From Schizochytrium sp. TIO01 (taxonomy: Eukaryota; Protista; Bigyra: Labyrinthulomycetes): a stretch of DNA of 64,000 nucleotides. Each line of letters begins with the position of its first letter. Position 1 is the stretch's first letter. The position numbers were made by a program, and so were the translations under genes. Below the pieces are notes generated by a model, which did no database searches, had not been told where the DNA came from, and saw nothing but the letters and a program-made list of their open reading frames with translations. Positions 33,004-44,988 of this stretch are shown here, piece by piece. Location: NCBI GenBank assembly GCA_004764695.1, contig SMSO01000025.1:1302001-1366000 (forward strand). The letters are read 5' to 3'.

Positions 33004-34430
33004 TGACGATTTAAATGCAGATCAAGAGGTTGCACTACGAGCAACGTGGATTAGAGGGATACTGTGTAAACGTGGATGTGCCGTTAGAAGATGATCTTTA
33101 AACTTGGAGCTGCGCTATTGTTAAATATGTGTTGATTGAACTCATCCAGGATGCTGCATTGTACACATTCTAGCATATGAGTTTCTACCTATTAGAAGGA
33201 CTCATAACTTGAAGGAGAAGTTTTGCAGCGTCAGCTTCCAGCTCTATTTTTAGCGATGTAAGGATGGCTTGTGAGACGTGATGGTTGGCACCAAGGCTCA
33301 ATCGAGATATCGCCTTTTTGCGCGATTAATTTGGCCTAATTATATTTTGAGTGCCCTCAGACTTGTGCTGTCCAACTTCTTAAACAACCTGAAGGGCACT
33401 GTGCACAACTTAGCGAGCTGCTTCAGAAAGACTTGGCAGTGTATTTCATCATGTTCGCAGACCTTACATTTTAGCTTGCAGTGCACAGAGCCAGGGTGCT
33501 CGTTAAGCAATTGCATCAGAGTGTCCCGTCGCCATTCGTACGACAATCATACATCGAGCTGTTGATGATATCAACAGGCAGACTGACTGATTGAGAAGAT
33601 GATGCTCTACCTACCGTGGTACTCCAGTTTGTGCACGTGGTAGTACCTACTACTACTTTAGGAAGTTGCAGTGATGGTTCCAAAGAGTAGAAGTTGCAGT
33701 AGTAAACAGTAGGAATTGCCTGCAAAACAACAGACTCGAAAGCGTAGCCCAACCACTTGCCGAGGCTGCTTCGCTCGCGAGGAGATATAAGGCATGCTCT
33801 CCAAGCTCTACAAGCCAAATCCTCTTCCATTGGCATTACAAAAAGAGTTCTCGCTGGTCGTATGGCTCGCTTCCAAGGTTTTGAGGCCTCAGCTTGAACT
33901 CGGGACTTTCTTTGTACTACACGAGCCAGTTTTTGCGTGTAAGAGTAATTATACAACTCCTAGTTATATGCGAGCTGTGCACGCGCCAAGTCCATTCAGA
34001 ATCTGCTGTAATCGTCCACGGAGGTCCCAGCTGCTAGACGCTTGAGAACAGAACCACAAAACTAGAAGTGGCTTTATACTGTCGTGAAGTGCGGTGGAAA
34101 CGAAAGCCTCTTGAGAAGAGGTTGGGTTTGGAACGTGCTGTGAAGCGTGCATCGTCCATTTCAGATTGTGTGTTGGGAGCAAAAACCAAGTCCAGGCCTA
34201 TCCTATCTTGAAGACGGTTTAGTATACAATCAGAGTGCGCGATTGACATTGAGGTTAGGCTTGGTGGAGATCCTCAAACGAGGCCTAGACGTCGTGGACC
34301 TAGAGTTGTCTTGACTTTACTTCTGAGAGTTTGGCACAACAAACACTTTGAGTTGCGAACATTTACTACTGTGTACATGCAGTGATAATCATTCGTTTCT
34401 GAGGCGACCTTAGCAAAAGAAGCAAAATTC

Positions 34431-37334
34431 ATGCACAAAACGATGACGAACGAAGAGGATAGCCGCGTGGCGCCAGCCGCAATACAGGATCCCGAAGATT
34501 CACATACTAATATTGAGGCAGAAGACGAAGAAGAAAAGTCAAACTTTGAGGATGAAGAGATTGATTCTATGGATGCAGCTCAAGCTTCGCGCGCACGCCA
34601 AGTTCTTGTTGAGATTTTTGGAGCCCAGCTGGGCGGTCTCGGTGTTCATGTTGTTGAAAGCAATGATCCTGCCAGTCTCTCTATGCGAGAACACCAAGTT
34701 GAACTTTTACGAGAACAAGGGGCCTTTAAAGTTGCCGAACTAGTCCAATCATTCCACATTGCACACCTCAACCAGGATCTTTTGATGGAGTATATGCCAC
34801 CAGACCGCGCAAAGGCTAATGAATACCGTAAATTGCATCACCCTACTCAAGAGGGAAGTGACAAATCTCTTAGTTGGCTTCTGACTCGTAGTGGCAGTTT
34901 TGCAATGCCATGTATGAGCAGGAAGCGAGACTTGTTACGGTTTGGTTCGGGTATATCAAGTTTTTTCAAGTTTCAAAAGCTTTTAATCTACATGTATCTG
35001 TGGCTGTTCATTTCTCAGCTGCCTGTGATGTTGACAAATTTGCATATTGGTACATACTTCACGGGTGCAAGACTTCCCCTCGGAGGGATGAGTCTTGGAA
35101 ATATGCACATATCGACATCGAGCAACTACTCAATCAACGGCACAAATTACTATGCAACTGACACCAAAATGTTTTGTGCTGACGGCGTTCCTAGTGAGCT
35201 TACCACAGCCCAACGCTGCTTCACCGATAGCAATATTCTTGCAGTGTTCTACGGAGTCATGGATGCAATCACTGGTGTTATATTTTACCTGTTTGTAAAC
35301 TGGGCCAAGTTTGGTACAAGAAAGGAGCGGCAACGCTTCAACAACCGCGTGAACAAGGTTGAACATTACTCTATTATGGTAAAAAATGTACCCCAGTTCT
35401 GCACACCAGAGATGCTTAAGGAACATTTTGCTGGTTTGCTAGGAACAAGTGAAGAAGAAAACTTAGGTATTTATGACGTTCAGTTGGTTAGTGCAACAGG
35501 AAACGCTCTTTCTCTATGTGTACAGCGTGGCAAGCGCATGCAGGAAATGGCGCGTGCTGATGCCCAACGCATGCATGGTAAACGAGGTGCAGAGAAAAAA
35601 TTTGACCGACTCTACCACGAGGTTGTTCACCTTGACAAGGTGGCTGCAGAGCAAGCCAAACATGGAGATCCACTATTTGCATTTGTAACTTTTGAGAGCA
35701 AAGACACCCGAGATCGCTGTCTATCAATGTATAACATGCTTACATGTTCTCCCAGTCAGCATTCTATGCTGCGCTTACGAGGAGCTCATCCTCTCCACGT
35801 ACAACCAGCGCCAGCTCCAAGCACACTGCTGTGGGAAAACAACGAGTTTGATAAGCACAAGCGACAGCTTCGTCAGTTTGGCACTATCTTTCTCATGATT
35901 GTTCTACTTGTTATAAGTATTTGTCTCAATTACTTCACTGAGCCATACAAAGTGTCGCGGGTGTTTGCTCAGCTTGTGAGTGGTTCTAGCGCTGCCGCTC
36001 CATGCAATGGAGTATATGACAACTTAACTTCATCGGAGGCCTTAACTCTGGCAACTAGTAGTGTCCTCCAGGACTTGTCGCCTGATGCTTCACGAAATGA
36101 CTACACATATCTGGATTGCCTGTGTGAGAATTCTTTTGTTGGAAATCTACCCTATTCAGTATCAGACTTTGGTGACTCATGCGACAGCTATCTTAGCTCG
36201 GTTACCAGCTCGGTGAGTGTTGAGGTAGTTGTTTCGCTTGCAACGCTCTTCGTAAATACAGCCGTGTTTTTGACTCTTTCAGAGACGGCCGTGTTTCTGC
36301 ATCATTCCTCGATTGTAAAACGCGAGATGAGCATTTTACGACGCTTCTTTGTTACTTCATACATCAACGTTGCACTGATTGTGCTAGTTGCAAACGCAGA
36401 CTTTGCAGGTCTTGTCGGAAGAACATTATCTGGAGCTGCTGCAAATGCGTTTGGTAATGGACTTTTTACAGACTTCACAGCAGAGTGGTATCGTGTGAGC
36501 GGTGCTGAAATTGCGTTGCTTGCCTTTTTGAACATCTTTGCGCCTCATTTTTATCCTCTTTTGCTTGCCATGTATAATTACTTACGCCGGACCTTAAGTA
36601 AGCCATTGTCTCAAGCGGAGCTTAAAGAGATGAGTCTTGGTCCAGACTTTGTTTTAAGCTACCGGCTTTCTCAAGCCCTTGTCACGGTATACCTTATTAT
36701 GAGCTATAGTACAGGGATGCCCATTCTTTATGCAATCGGATGCATTAGTTCATCAGTTTCCTATCTTGTTGATAAGCTTTTCTTCACGAAGGTCTGCCGC
36801 ACACCGGTGGAGTTCTCAACAACCCTGCAGCGATGGGCAAACCAGGTGATGCAATGGGCCTTAGTACTGCACATCTTGTTTGGAATCTGGATGCTTTCTT
36901 GCCCAGATATCTTTCCATCAACAAATGCTTTGCAAATCTCTGATTGGACAGTTTATAAGAGATTTACTGCTTCGGGTGGAGTCGGTCAACAGATTGCACA
37001 ACGATTTTCTCGCGTGAGTGCAGTGCCAAACCTGCTCTTATTGGCTTACTTTTTAGCCTGGCGTGTCGTTAATTTGTTTGGCTCAGGTGCAAGACGAGTG
37101 ACTAAATCAATCTATTATCGACTTGAGCATTTTGTTGAATATTGGTTTGGAGACAACTCTCTCGCAAAGCGTCGTGACGAGACGAAAGCTTTTAAAACGC
37201 CAACCATCTCAGAAGCTATTAACTCAGGCAAACTTTCAGGAATTCCGTCATACTATATCTTGCAGAACCCTCGATACCAACAATACTTTCCCGATCTTCG
37301 TCAGGAAGAGGATTTGGGATCGTCTAAAGTGTAA
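34431..37334 (+). CDS. OSCA/TMEM63(CSC1)/TMC-superfamily multi-pass membrane channel, 967 aa
   Basis: FGSGISSFFKFQK before TM1; YSIMVKNVP, FAFVTF and APAPSTLLWEN (cytosolic RRM-like domain, APxPxxIxWEN motif); DFTAEWY, GPDFVLSYRL, YSTGMPILY and YLVDK...PVEF; about 10 hydrophobic segments. Confidence 0.85.
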   Translation: MHKTMTNEEDSRVAPAAIQDPEDSHTNIEAEDEEEKSNFEDEEIDSMDAAQASRARQVLVEIFGAQLGGLGVHVVESNDPASLSMREHQVELLREQGAFKVAELVQSFHIAHLNQDLLMEYMPPDRAKANEYRKLHHPTQEGSDKSLSWLLTRSGSFAMPCMSRKRDLLRFGSGISSFFKFQKLLIYMYLWLFISQLPVMLTNLHIGTYFTGARLPLGGMSLGNMHISTSSNYSINGTNYYATDTKMFCADGVPSELTTAQRCFTDSNILAVFYGVMDAITGVIFYLFVNWAKFGTRKERQRFNNRVNKVEHYSIMVKNVPQFCTPEMLKEHFAGLLGTSEEENLGIYDVQLVSATGNALSLCVQRGKRMQEMARADAQRMHGKRGAEKKFDRLYHEVVHLDKVAAEQAKHGDPLFAFVTFESKDTRDRCLSMYNMLTCSPSQHSMLRLRGAHPLHVQPAPAPSTLLWENNEFDKHKRQLRQFGTIFLMIVLLVISICLNYFTEPYKVSRVFAQLVSGSSAAAPCNGVYDNLTSSEALTLATSSVLQDLSPDASRNDYTYLDCLCENSFVGNLPYSVSDFGDSCDSYLSSVTSSVSVEVVVSLATLFVNTAVFLTLSETAVFLHHSSIVKREMSILRRFFVTSYINVALIVLVANADFAGLVGRTLSGAAANAFGNGLFTDFTAEWYRVSGAEIALLAFLNIFAPHFYPLLLAMYNYLRRTLSKPLSQAELKEMSLGPDFVLSYRLSQALVTVYLIMSYSTGMPILYAIGCISSSVSYLVDKLFFTKVCRTPVEFSTTLQRWANQVMQWALVLHILFGIWMLSCPDIFPSTNALQISDWTVYKRFTASGGVGQQIAQRFSRVSAVPNLLLLAYFLAWRVVNLFGSGARRVTKSIYYRLEHFVEYWFGDNSLAKRRDETKAFKTPTISEAINSGKLSGIPSYYILQNPRYQQYFPDLRQEEDLGSSKV

Positions 37335-37821
37335 TTCGATTGCAATTTGATTTGATCAGATTTACTATGTGTTCGTTACGCAAATACTTGTCGTATAGGT
37401 CAGAGAAATAATACAAACCAAACAAAAATTACAAGTACATTCACCAAACTTTTCAATTTCGCCGTTTTATCAACGTGAGTTTTGGGGGTGATGGAATTCT
37501 ATCACAAATGGGTGAAACAGAGGGTTGGCGCTATTGACTATCTGAGACTTCCAAGAGTAAACTTTCACTTTCGCAACAGTGTAAAAGGACAACGTGTTCA
37601 GGAATATGAAAAATACCAGTGATGAGGACTCGGTTCAGGTGTCAAGAGTTTCCTAACACCGGTTGGCGAGCTCGGTAAACAGCGCATATCATATTCATAG
37701 ATTCACAAAGGTGGGCGTGCACTTTAAATATGGTCTATACAAAATTGCAAAAAGGAATGACAGTCAATTAAACACACAAAAAGAAAATGGTCGGGAATAA
37801 TAGTTTTACTTGGATGAAGAA

Positions 37822-38753
37822 TTATTTTTTGGCGCCAAAAACCTCTGGCATGCGCTCCACTGTATATTTACGGCTCGATATATACATGATGGGAACACCA
37901 GGGATCTTACGCAGCCTTCGTCGGAGTTCCTTATCGCAGGTAGCCACAATGAAGCAGCGGTGTTGTTTGACCATGCGAACAATGTCGTCATCTGCATAGT
38001 GGCCCTTGTCCATGTAACCGGGCATGCGCAAGAAGCGAGGATCCTTGGCAAGGCGCAAGGCGACGCGGTATTTTTCTCCAAGTTTCTCCAACTCGGCCAT
38101 GACACTATCGAGAATAATGGGGATGCACTTGGCGTAGAGGCAGTCCATCATGCTTTTGACGATATCGAGTTTGTTGCGAATGCTGTTTATTCAAAGAAAT
38201 AGGAGTAAAAATATAGAAGATGCAAGCATACATGTAACCAGTTTTTGGTGTTGTTAGTTATCGTGTTTTTTAATTTTGTTTTGGCTGGCAAGATCATCAT
38301 TGCTTTCATATCGTATACAAAAAGGCTGTCCTAGTAGAGATGAAGAACTTCATCATGGCCAAGAATCTCCTCCAACATTAGCAAACTACGCCAAGCCTTT
38401 CAGAAGAAGTCCTTTGGCAGCTACAAAATGGCAGGTACGTGATTTTACATGCTTTGCCAGCATGAATATTTCTAAGCGGGCAAATGGAGATGCCTACTGC
38501 GAGCAACTTTGCTAACTTACCTCATGTTGATGAAGTTTGTATCAACGATGACATGGTACGGCGGTCCGAGCTGTTCGTTGTATTGAAAGAACAGCGCCGT
38601 AGGAGTTCTCTCGACGTAGTTGGGGCCCTCCTTGGCCTGTTTTTCCTTCTCCTTCTTCTCCTTCTTCTCCTGGTTCTGCTTCAGGCGCTCGTCAGAGGGC
38701 TTCATCATCCTCTTAACCTGCGCAAACTTGCGCGTACGTTTGTCCTTCGGCAT
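37822..38753 (-). CDS. FCF1: rRNA-processing PIN-domain nuclease FCF1/UTP24, two exons (38753-38521 and 38182-37822; 197 aa)
   Basis: [24 protein letters not shown]|[22 protein letters not shown] ... YADD ... [22 protein letters not shown]. The GT-AG splice joins the exons in frame (233+361=594 nt). Confidence 0.97.
38183..38520 (-). other. Spliceosomal intron of FCF1 (338 nt)
   Basis: Donor AG|GTAAGT at 38520 and acceptor ataaacAG|C at 38183; splicing restores the conserved protein. Confidence 0.93.
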
Positions 38754-40326
38754 GGTGCCACCGAGGACCTATCTACGGACCTCAAACACGCCCCAAAGCT
38801 CCACAAATCGTCTCTGCAGCAAGCCCAAGTGCGGACTCTTCGTCGAATGAATTGGTCTCAGAGCCTTCGAACCAGCCAGTCCTTTCTAAGGCCACTCGCT
38901 CTTTAAGGTTCACTCGCGCGCCACCCAGCGTTATGTTCTACTCTCCCGTTCCTTTCCTTTTGCCATTTAGAAAAGAACACCCATTTCCACTTTCTAATTT
39001 TCATACCTTTCGAAGAAATGAGTTTTAAAAAAATAAAAAAAATAAAATTAAAATGTTTCTTTTATTTAAAATTGATGTTTACATAATTAAAAAGAAAAAG
39101 GAAAAGAAAAATGTTTACGCGCCTCAGTCCAACTAAGTTTACAATTATTTATTATCATCATTCATGATAAAACTTTAACATTTTAAAGAAAAGAAAAATA
39201 TCAATATGTATATAGTTTAGGCTGTAAGTATCGTAACATTTTTAGTAAGGATGCAGTGCAAAGCAATGCAATGCAATGCACTGTTTCAAAGTACAAAGTT
39301 TGGAGTCGACTCGCGCTCTACCTGGTTCTTGGATGAAGGGAGAGCATCTGAAATGGAATCGAAGCTCCAGTCTGGGAAGTGAGCGAGTGGAAGCGGAAAG
39401 AGTATGAGATGGAATCACTCAAACCCTTCTCTCGGACGAGTTTCTGCAAAGCTCCTCAATTCTCCACCGCTTTCTTCGCGCTCGCAATCAATTTTCTCAT
39501 ACTAGGCACTGCTAATGCCTATCTACAGAGTAGTTCTTGTTCCGGGAATGGAGGGCCGACCACGATCGTGGTTTGCCTCATCATCGGCGCTAAGTACATA
39601 GGTTGTCCAAACAGTCATCATTCCTCGAGGCCTTCGTCTCAGAGATAAGAAAGTGCCTACGTAGGTTGAGGTGCGAGCCTGAACCCCAAAGACGCATCGT
39701 GGCACAGCAATGTTCTCCCTCATAAAGCTTCAAAGTCGGTTCTTCGCCCAAGTTTCAATCTCTGATTCTTCTTCAGGAGATCAACGTCAACACGCGAAAA
39801 GTACAAGAGAGCCTAATCATGCTACTACTAGCTAGGTGCTTCGCAAGGGCGGCGGTCGGGAGGCTCCTGGAGTGCGCCCTATCGCTGGTAACAAAAGCGC
39901 CTGTCAGTCATTTTCGCATTACCGGGATGAAATGAGGGAGTGCCTCTAGAGTTAGTTTGCTTTGCTTTCCTTCGCGCTTTCGCGGCTTTCAAGGATCGAT
40001 CGCTCGTGATAACTCGGGATATTTGCTTGGTAGTGGCACGAGCGGAGGAGACGGCAGAGGAGCACGAGTGATGCGGCGATCCAGTGTCAAACTGTCAACA
40101 CTGCCGAAGGTGTCCAACCTCAAAGTCACCGGCTCTGGTATTTAGGTCATTCATGTCAGCAAGTTATTGTCGAAGATTTGTAATGTATGTATGTGTTTAT
40201 GAAAAATAAGCAACTGACGATAGGTGACAAGAAACACTTAGGTGGTCTTGCCCACAAGCCGGTCGCTCTGGTTGAAGAGTGGAGCGGCAGAGACCGTTCG
40301 TTATTCGGGGTGATCAGTTGACCAGC

Positions 40327-41100
40327 CTAGATCCCCATCAGTTCGCTTTTGTTTTCAGGGCATCGAGTTGCACTCAAGGATGGTATATATGAAGTTTGAG
40401 TTGCTTGGTTATAAGATAGCTACTAAACAAGGAAATCAGAGACGTCTTTAACGTGTACCGACTCTCAACGATCCTAGGTTGCCTGGCCATGAACTAAACT
40501 CGGCTTTTAATTTCCAGGGCAAGGTGAAGGTTTTCTATCTTACACACCGAATTGAAATTGCTTTGTATATTACAGGAAAGTAATGAGTTATATTTTTTAC
40601 TTATCCTGCTGAGAGGGCACTTTGAAGAGGAGGCTGTAAAGACTATGATATGTTCCACACAGACCAAACCTTTATGTGGTTAGTACCTAGAACTCGTATC
40701 GCACACTCTCGATGAGGTTGTAGATTACTCTGAGCTGGCATTAAGACCGCCGAAACTTGGGAGACTAGTTTCTTCTTACTGGCTAGATTCCCTGTTCACT
40801 CTCCAGACTTGAAAGCCGTAACCATCATCATCATCATCAGACCTGGTTCATACCTGCTCAGCACAAAGGGTTAGAGACTATACAATCAAAACTTTTTTTT
40901 TTCTTCTACTTCTTCTCAATCTAGTGAAGATGATCATCATTCCTTTTTATTTAAAAAGCAGCCTGCAACATTGATTCGTCTGGGATTCAGGGTCTGGTCC
41001 GTAAGTTGAGGGATAAATACCTTTTTCCACCAAGTTTACCCCTCAAAGTAGGAGACAACCCGTATCTAGACCGAGTTAAATATTTGCTAATGTTCGATAA
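40327..41100 (+). mobile_element. Possible decayed non-LTR (LINE-type) reverse transcriptase remnant
   Basis: In one frame with stops: LDPHQFAF (40327) ... LLNKEIRDVFNVYRLSTILGCL (~40425-40475). Then RG/xRGGC (~40615), LDEVV (40708), GLETIQSK (~40868) and DRVKYLL (~41070), in the order of LINE RT motifs QFGF / DxxKAFD / GVxQG / YADD / GLxxNxxK / KYLG. Confidence 0.3.
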
Positions 41101-44100
41101 TGAAAACAAGGCAGCAACATGAGATTTGATGCTCCAACTGATCTTGTGCCAAGCGATCAATCTCTTACTTACTCTTAAGACTAAGCATTCCTCATTCTGA
41201 AGATGAATACATACACTACTTATGACTTCACTAAAGCTCAGAAAGCTGCAGTTTCGAGTTCGAAACAACTTGAGCTGCTTTGCACAGCCACTCGAAATTG
41301 GGCAAGCGTTTGTTCAAAGAGAGCCGTCACGAATCAAGGGCCTCTATTTGGAACACTTCCACGTAGGGAACCTATATGGTGTTTCTTTTTATGCGAGGGG
41401 ACAAGTTCTACTTTGTGTTGAGCATACTCCAGGGAAACACCTAGATACTAAAGTGTATATGTAGATTTGATACCGAGTGAACACATGGAACTGGTGTCGC
41501 CAGCAACGTCACTCCATATTTTCCTATTGATTTGAAGCTGGGGCTACGCCTTTGTAGGCGTACTTATATTATGATTGCACGGCCGTGCACGTGCAGATTT
41601 TACAGCATGTTAGCAATTTGAAGGGTGTACTACTAGTAGGGGATCGTTTGTCACTTCGATCTTAAAAGATCAACAGCATATGGTGGAGAGCTAGTACGAG
41701 CGAAGGAAACAGGTAGGCAAACACATACGCACAGGGATACTCAGACCTCGCTCAGGCAGGAAGTTCGATTGAAAACAACTTTGAAGATGTCTACCGCGCC
41801 TATGATCCTGAGACCTACTAGGCACGTGCCGGAAACATGGCACTAAGCAATACAGTAGGATAGTTACAAGGAAGCGGAGACCGTGGATGAATAATTCGCT
41901 TCGTTTAAATAAGTGCTCAAACCCTTTGACACTTGAGGGCTTTTAAAGGAAATGAAATGACGTAATGGACCAATGTTTGAGCGACGTTTGTCAGCCTGGG
42001 GCTGTCTCAGAACCGAAAGCAACGCCGCTAGCTTCCTGGGTCGCAGGGTGCCGGCAAACATACGGTCTTTGCACAGGACAGACGCCACGTAGTGTGATAC
42101 ACCTAGACTGAATTAACAGCACTCTCAGACTATTGCAATGATGGCTCAGGACCAAGGCGGTGTGTACTCGTTAATATCTTTCCCCTTTTCCATTGAATAA
42201 TCAAGCATTCTCAAATCGAACAGTGGGTCGCGGTGACGAGAGCAATGGTAGGATATCACATGATGAATGTCTTTCCTTCCGAGCTCAGTTCCCTCATGAG
42301 TTATTAATGTTTTCGCCATGCCAAATGTATATGCTTCATCAGCGGTCTCGCTGCTTTCAAGCACCGCCCGCAGAAAAGTCTTCAGCTGTATGTTCTAAGA
42401 ATAATGATCTGTGGGAGCGTCCTCGATTCGCAGTTTTTGTACGGGACCTCAACTTAGAGCTCAGCGCAAATAGCTCTTGAGCCTTTGATGATGTATCAAT
42501 CGCGCGGAGACTCGAATTTCTGAGAAATCTTCGGCTCTACTTATTTTGATCGCCTGCTTGATGCACTCAATTGTCTGGGGCCGGGCTTGTTCGGGTCTTT
42601 GGGCCTTCTCCTGGGATTGCCTGAGCCATCCAAGGCGCCAATAGCAATGTCTTGCCCTAGATATTTGACTACCCGTTTCCAATTGAGCTGCAGACGGGAA
42701 AATCAATAAATCTCCACATTTTGTGGATCAATCAATCCATTTCTATCCTTTTCATGATTCGGAAAACAATTTCCAAGAGTTAGAGAAGCAAAGCCACGCC
42801 TGCATTCAAGAACTTCGAGCGTGGGCTTCAAGCTCTCCCGTTTCCCGCCAGTCTTCAGGTATAAACAAGTTGGCAGGTAGGACGTTCCGAAGTCTAAGTT
42901 TATACTGCCCAAGCTTCGGGATCTTCGACAGCTAATTAATCCCAGGGTGTGCGCCAAAGCGAGACACTTTCTCTCCAAATCTTTCATCCACATCTTCATT
43001 TCATTTTTCTCTATTTGAAAAAAGAAAAGAAAAGAAAAGAAAAGTTATGGTAAAAATAGTAGCTAACTAAATAAAATAAATTATAAAACTTTAAAGAAAA
43101 ACTTTAAAGCTGATAAATACATATCATATTTATCTTTTTTATTCAACTTCTCTTGAGAAAAAAAAATAAAGCAAAACAAAAAGCAAGAGAACAAAAGGTC
43201 TACCACCTCCACGCGCCTTCCTTCTCCGATCTCCGCGCAGCTACTCCCAGTGTAGCGTGGCCTCTGGGAAGGACCAGCTCGCGAGGCGTCGAGCTCTCAG
43301 TCAGCAACTTGGACCAGCCTATAAGCCTCTTTTCCACCCACGGCTCTGCATGGCAGGTGTCAATCTAGTCTGCGACATGAATTGGATGCGAAGCCGCCCG
43401 GAGGCGCGGGTTTCCTTCGCCATAGAGCCTGAGTCGAAGATTATATTCGTATTTATTTTATTTTGTTTTATTTTTATTTTTTACCCAACATAAACCTTAC
43501 TAATACTGTTTAATGGTTTATTGAAAGAATGCATAATTTAAACATTCATATAAAATAAAAGAAAGTAAAGTAAAATAGAATTAAATAAAATATAGAGTAC
43601 TTTCTAGGTAGCAATTGATTACTTGTAAAGCTTTCAAAAGGAAGCGGCGCTAACCAGGTAGGGCGCTTACTAACTGATATAGTACTAGTAGTTGTTATTC
43701 AACATTTTGATTTGTAGGACACTGCAAGGAGGCGCTAGTGTCGAATTCTTTCCAACCTTGCAACGAATTATTTAGGACGATTGTTATCTTTGAGGCAGTC
43801 AAGACAGGCCTCTGTAGAATACGCCCACGTTGCCATCTCTTAGCTCGCTGGAGGCTGCTCGAAGGCTGTCCGTCTCTCCAGCTTGTTCAATATCTTTTCG
43901 AGAACTGCGCAATGTCAAAAATGCACTCCGTTCGAAAAAAGCTTGTTCACTTTTTAAAATATCTTCCGCTGAGGCGGAGTATAAATAATTCCATTTGCGT
44001 GCAGGCTAGCGCATGGCTGGCTGGTATTTAAGCGGTAATCTTCCTCCGTGGATAGAAGTAGGAGGCCGTGAATGGCTCATGATTTGGCCTGAGTAGGAAG

Positions 44101-44929
44101 CTTCCACTCAAAGCTATCCCCATTCTGTCATTTATGATGTGAAAGTTGTGATTTTATAATGACCTTGTTTCTCCAATTAACAAAAAATAGGTAACTTCGA
44201 AGAGTACTTTTGATTAAACTCAATACTAACGAAAATGTGAACTAAAAGAAATAAAAGTAAACAGGAACTACACATAATCGCGGTGGTGGTGGTGGTGGTG
44301 GTGGTGCATCTTCAGATGATCTGTTGTGTGTCATGGATGGGTAAGACCGCGGTTTTATTGGTCACGATCGCGCTTGGGTGCTCGAGGCCTGAGACCGAGC
44401 AGCACTCTCCTATGCCCACCCTTCAGGGCAGAACAGGCTGAGTCCACGCACGGACGTTGTTTCTGGAGGCCTCACGTCAGGAGCTAGCTGCCTGCTGTGG
44501 GAGCTCCTTCTTTGGTGCTGTCTTCGGAGCCTGGAATATCGGTCTGCAAAGATCAATGTCTATTGCGCTCTGCAGTTAGCTTTGAAAGTACCTAGTGCTA
44601 CAAAGGTAGACCAAACTTTGAAGGCAAGGTCTTTCCAGCTCCTGAAGATCCCCCAAACCGCACTGGTGCCAGGCTGGTCTCTTCTTCTTTGTGGGCGTAC
44701 GAGGGTCTTCGTCTTTCATTACAGCCGTAGGTTAGTAGGGTACCTGCCACCAAGCCAAAGGGTTTATAGGAGTAGATGGCCTACAAAAAAAGAATAGTAG
44801 GTAGAATTCAGCCGACGGCGAGAACACCTCTCTCGAATCGTCCACTCTTCAACGTGAACCAAGCAAGCCTTTGACAATAATAAGAGATATCGATACCGCG
44901 TTGTCATTCACCATGAGCCCTAGCGTGTC

Positions 44930-44988
44930 TGAGATGAGATGAGATGAGATGATGAGATGAGATGAGATGAGATGAGATGAGATGAGAT
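44930..44988 (+). repeat. (GAGAT)n pentanucleotide microsatellite
   Basis: Direct. Confidence 0.95.

Noticed and set aside
33050-33550. LRR-like fragments on the minus strand (TSLRALKI, LTSLKIE, LHSNP)
   Set aside because: Scattered across frames with many stops; not distinguishable from chance without an HMM search.
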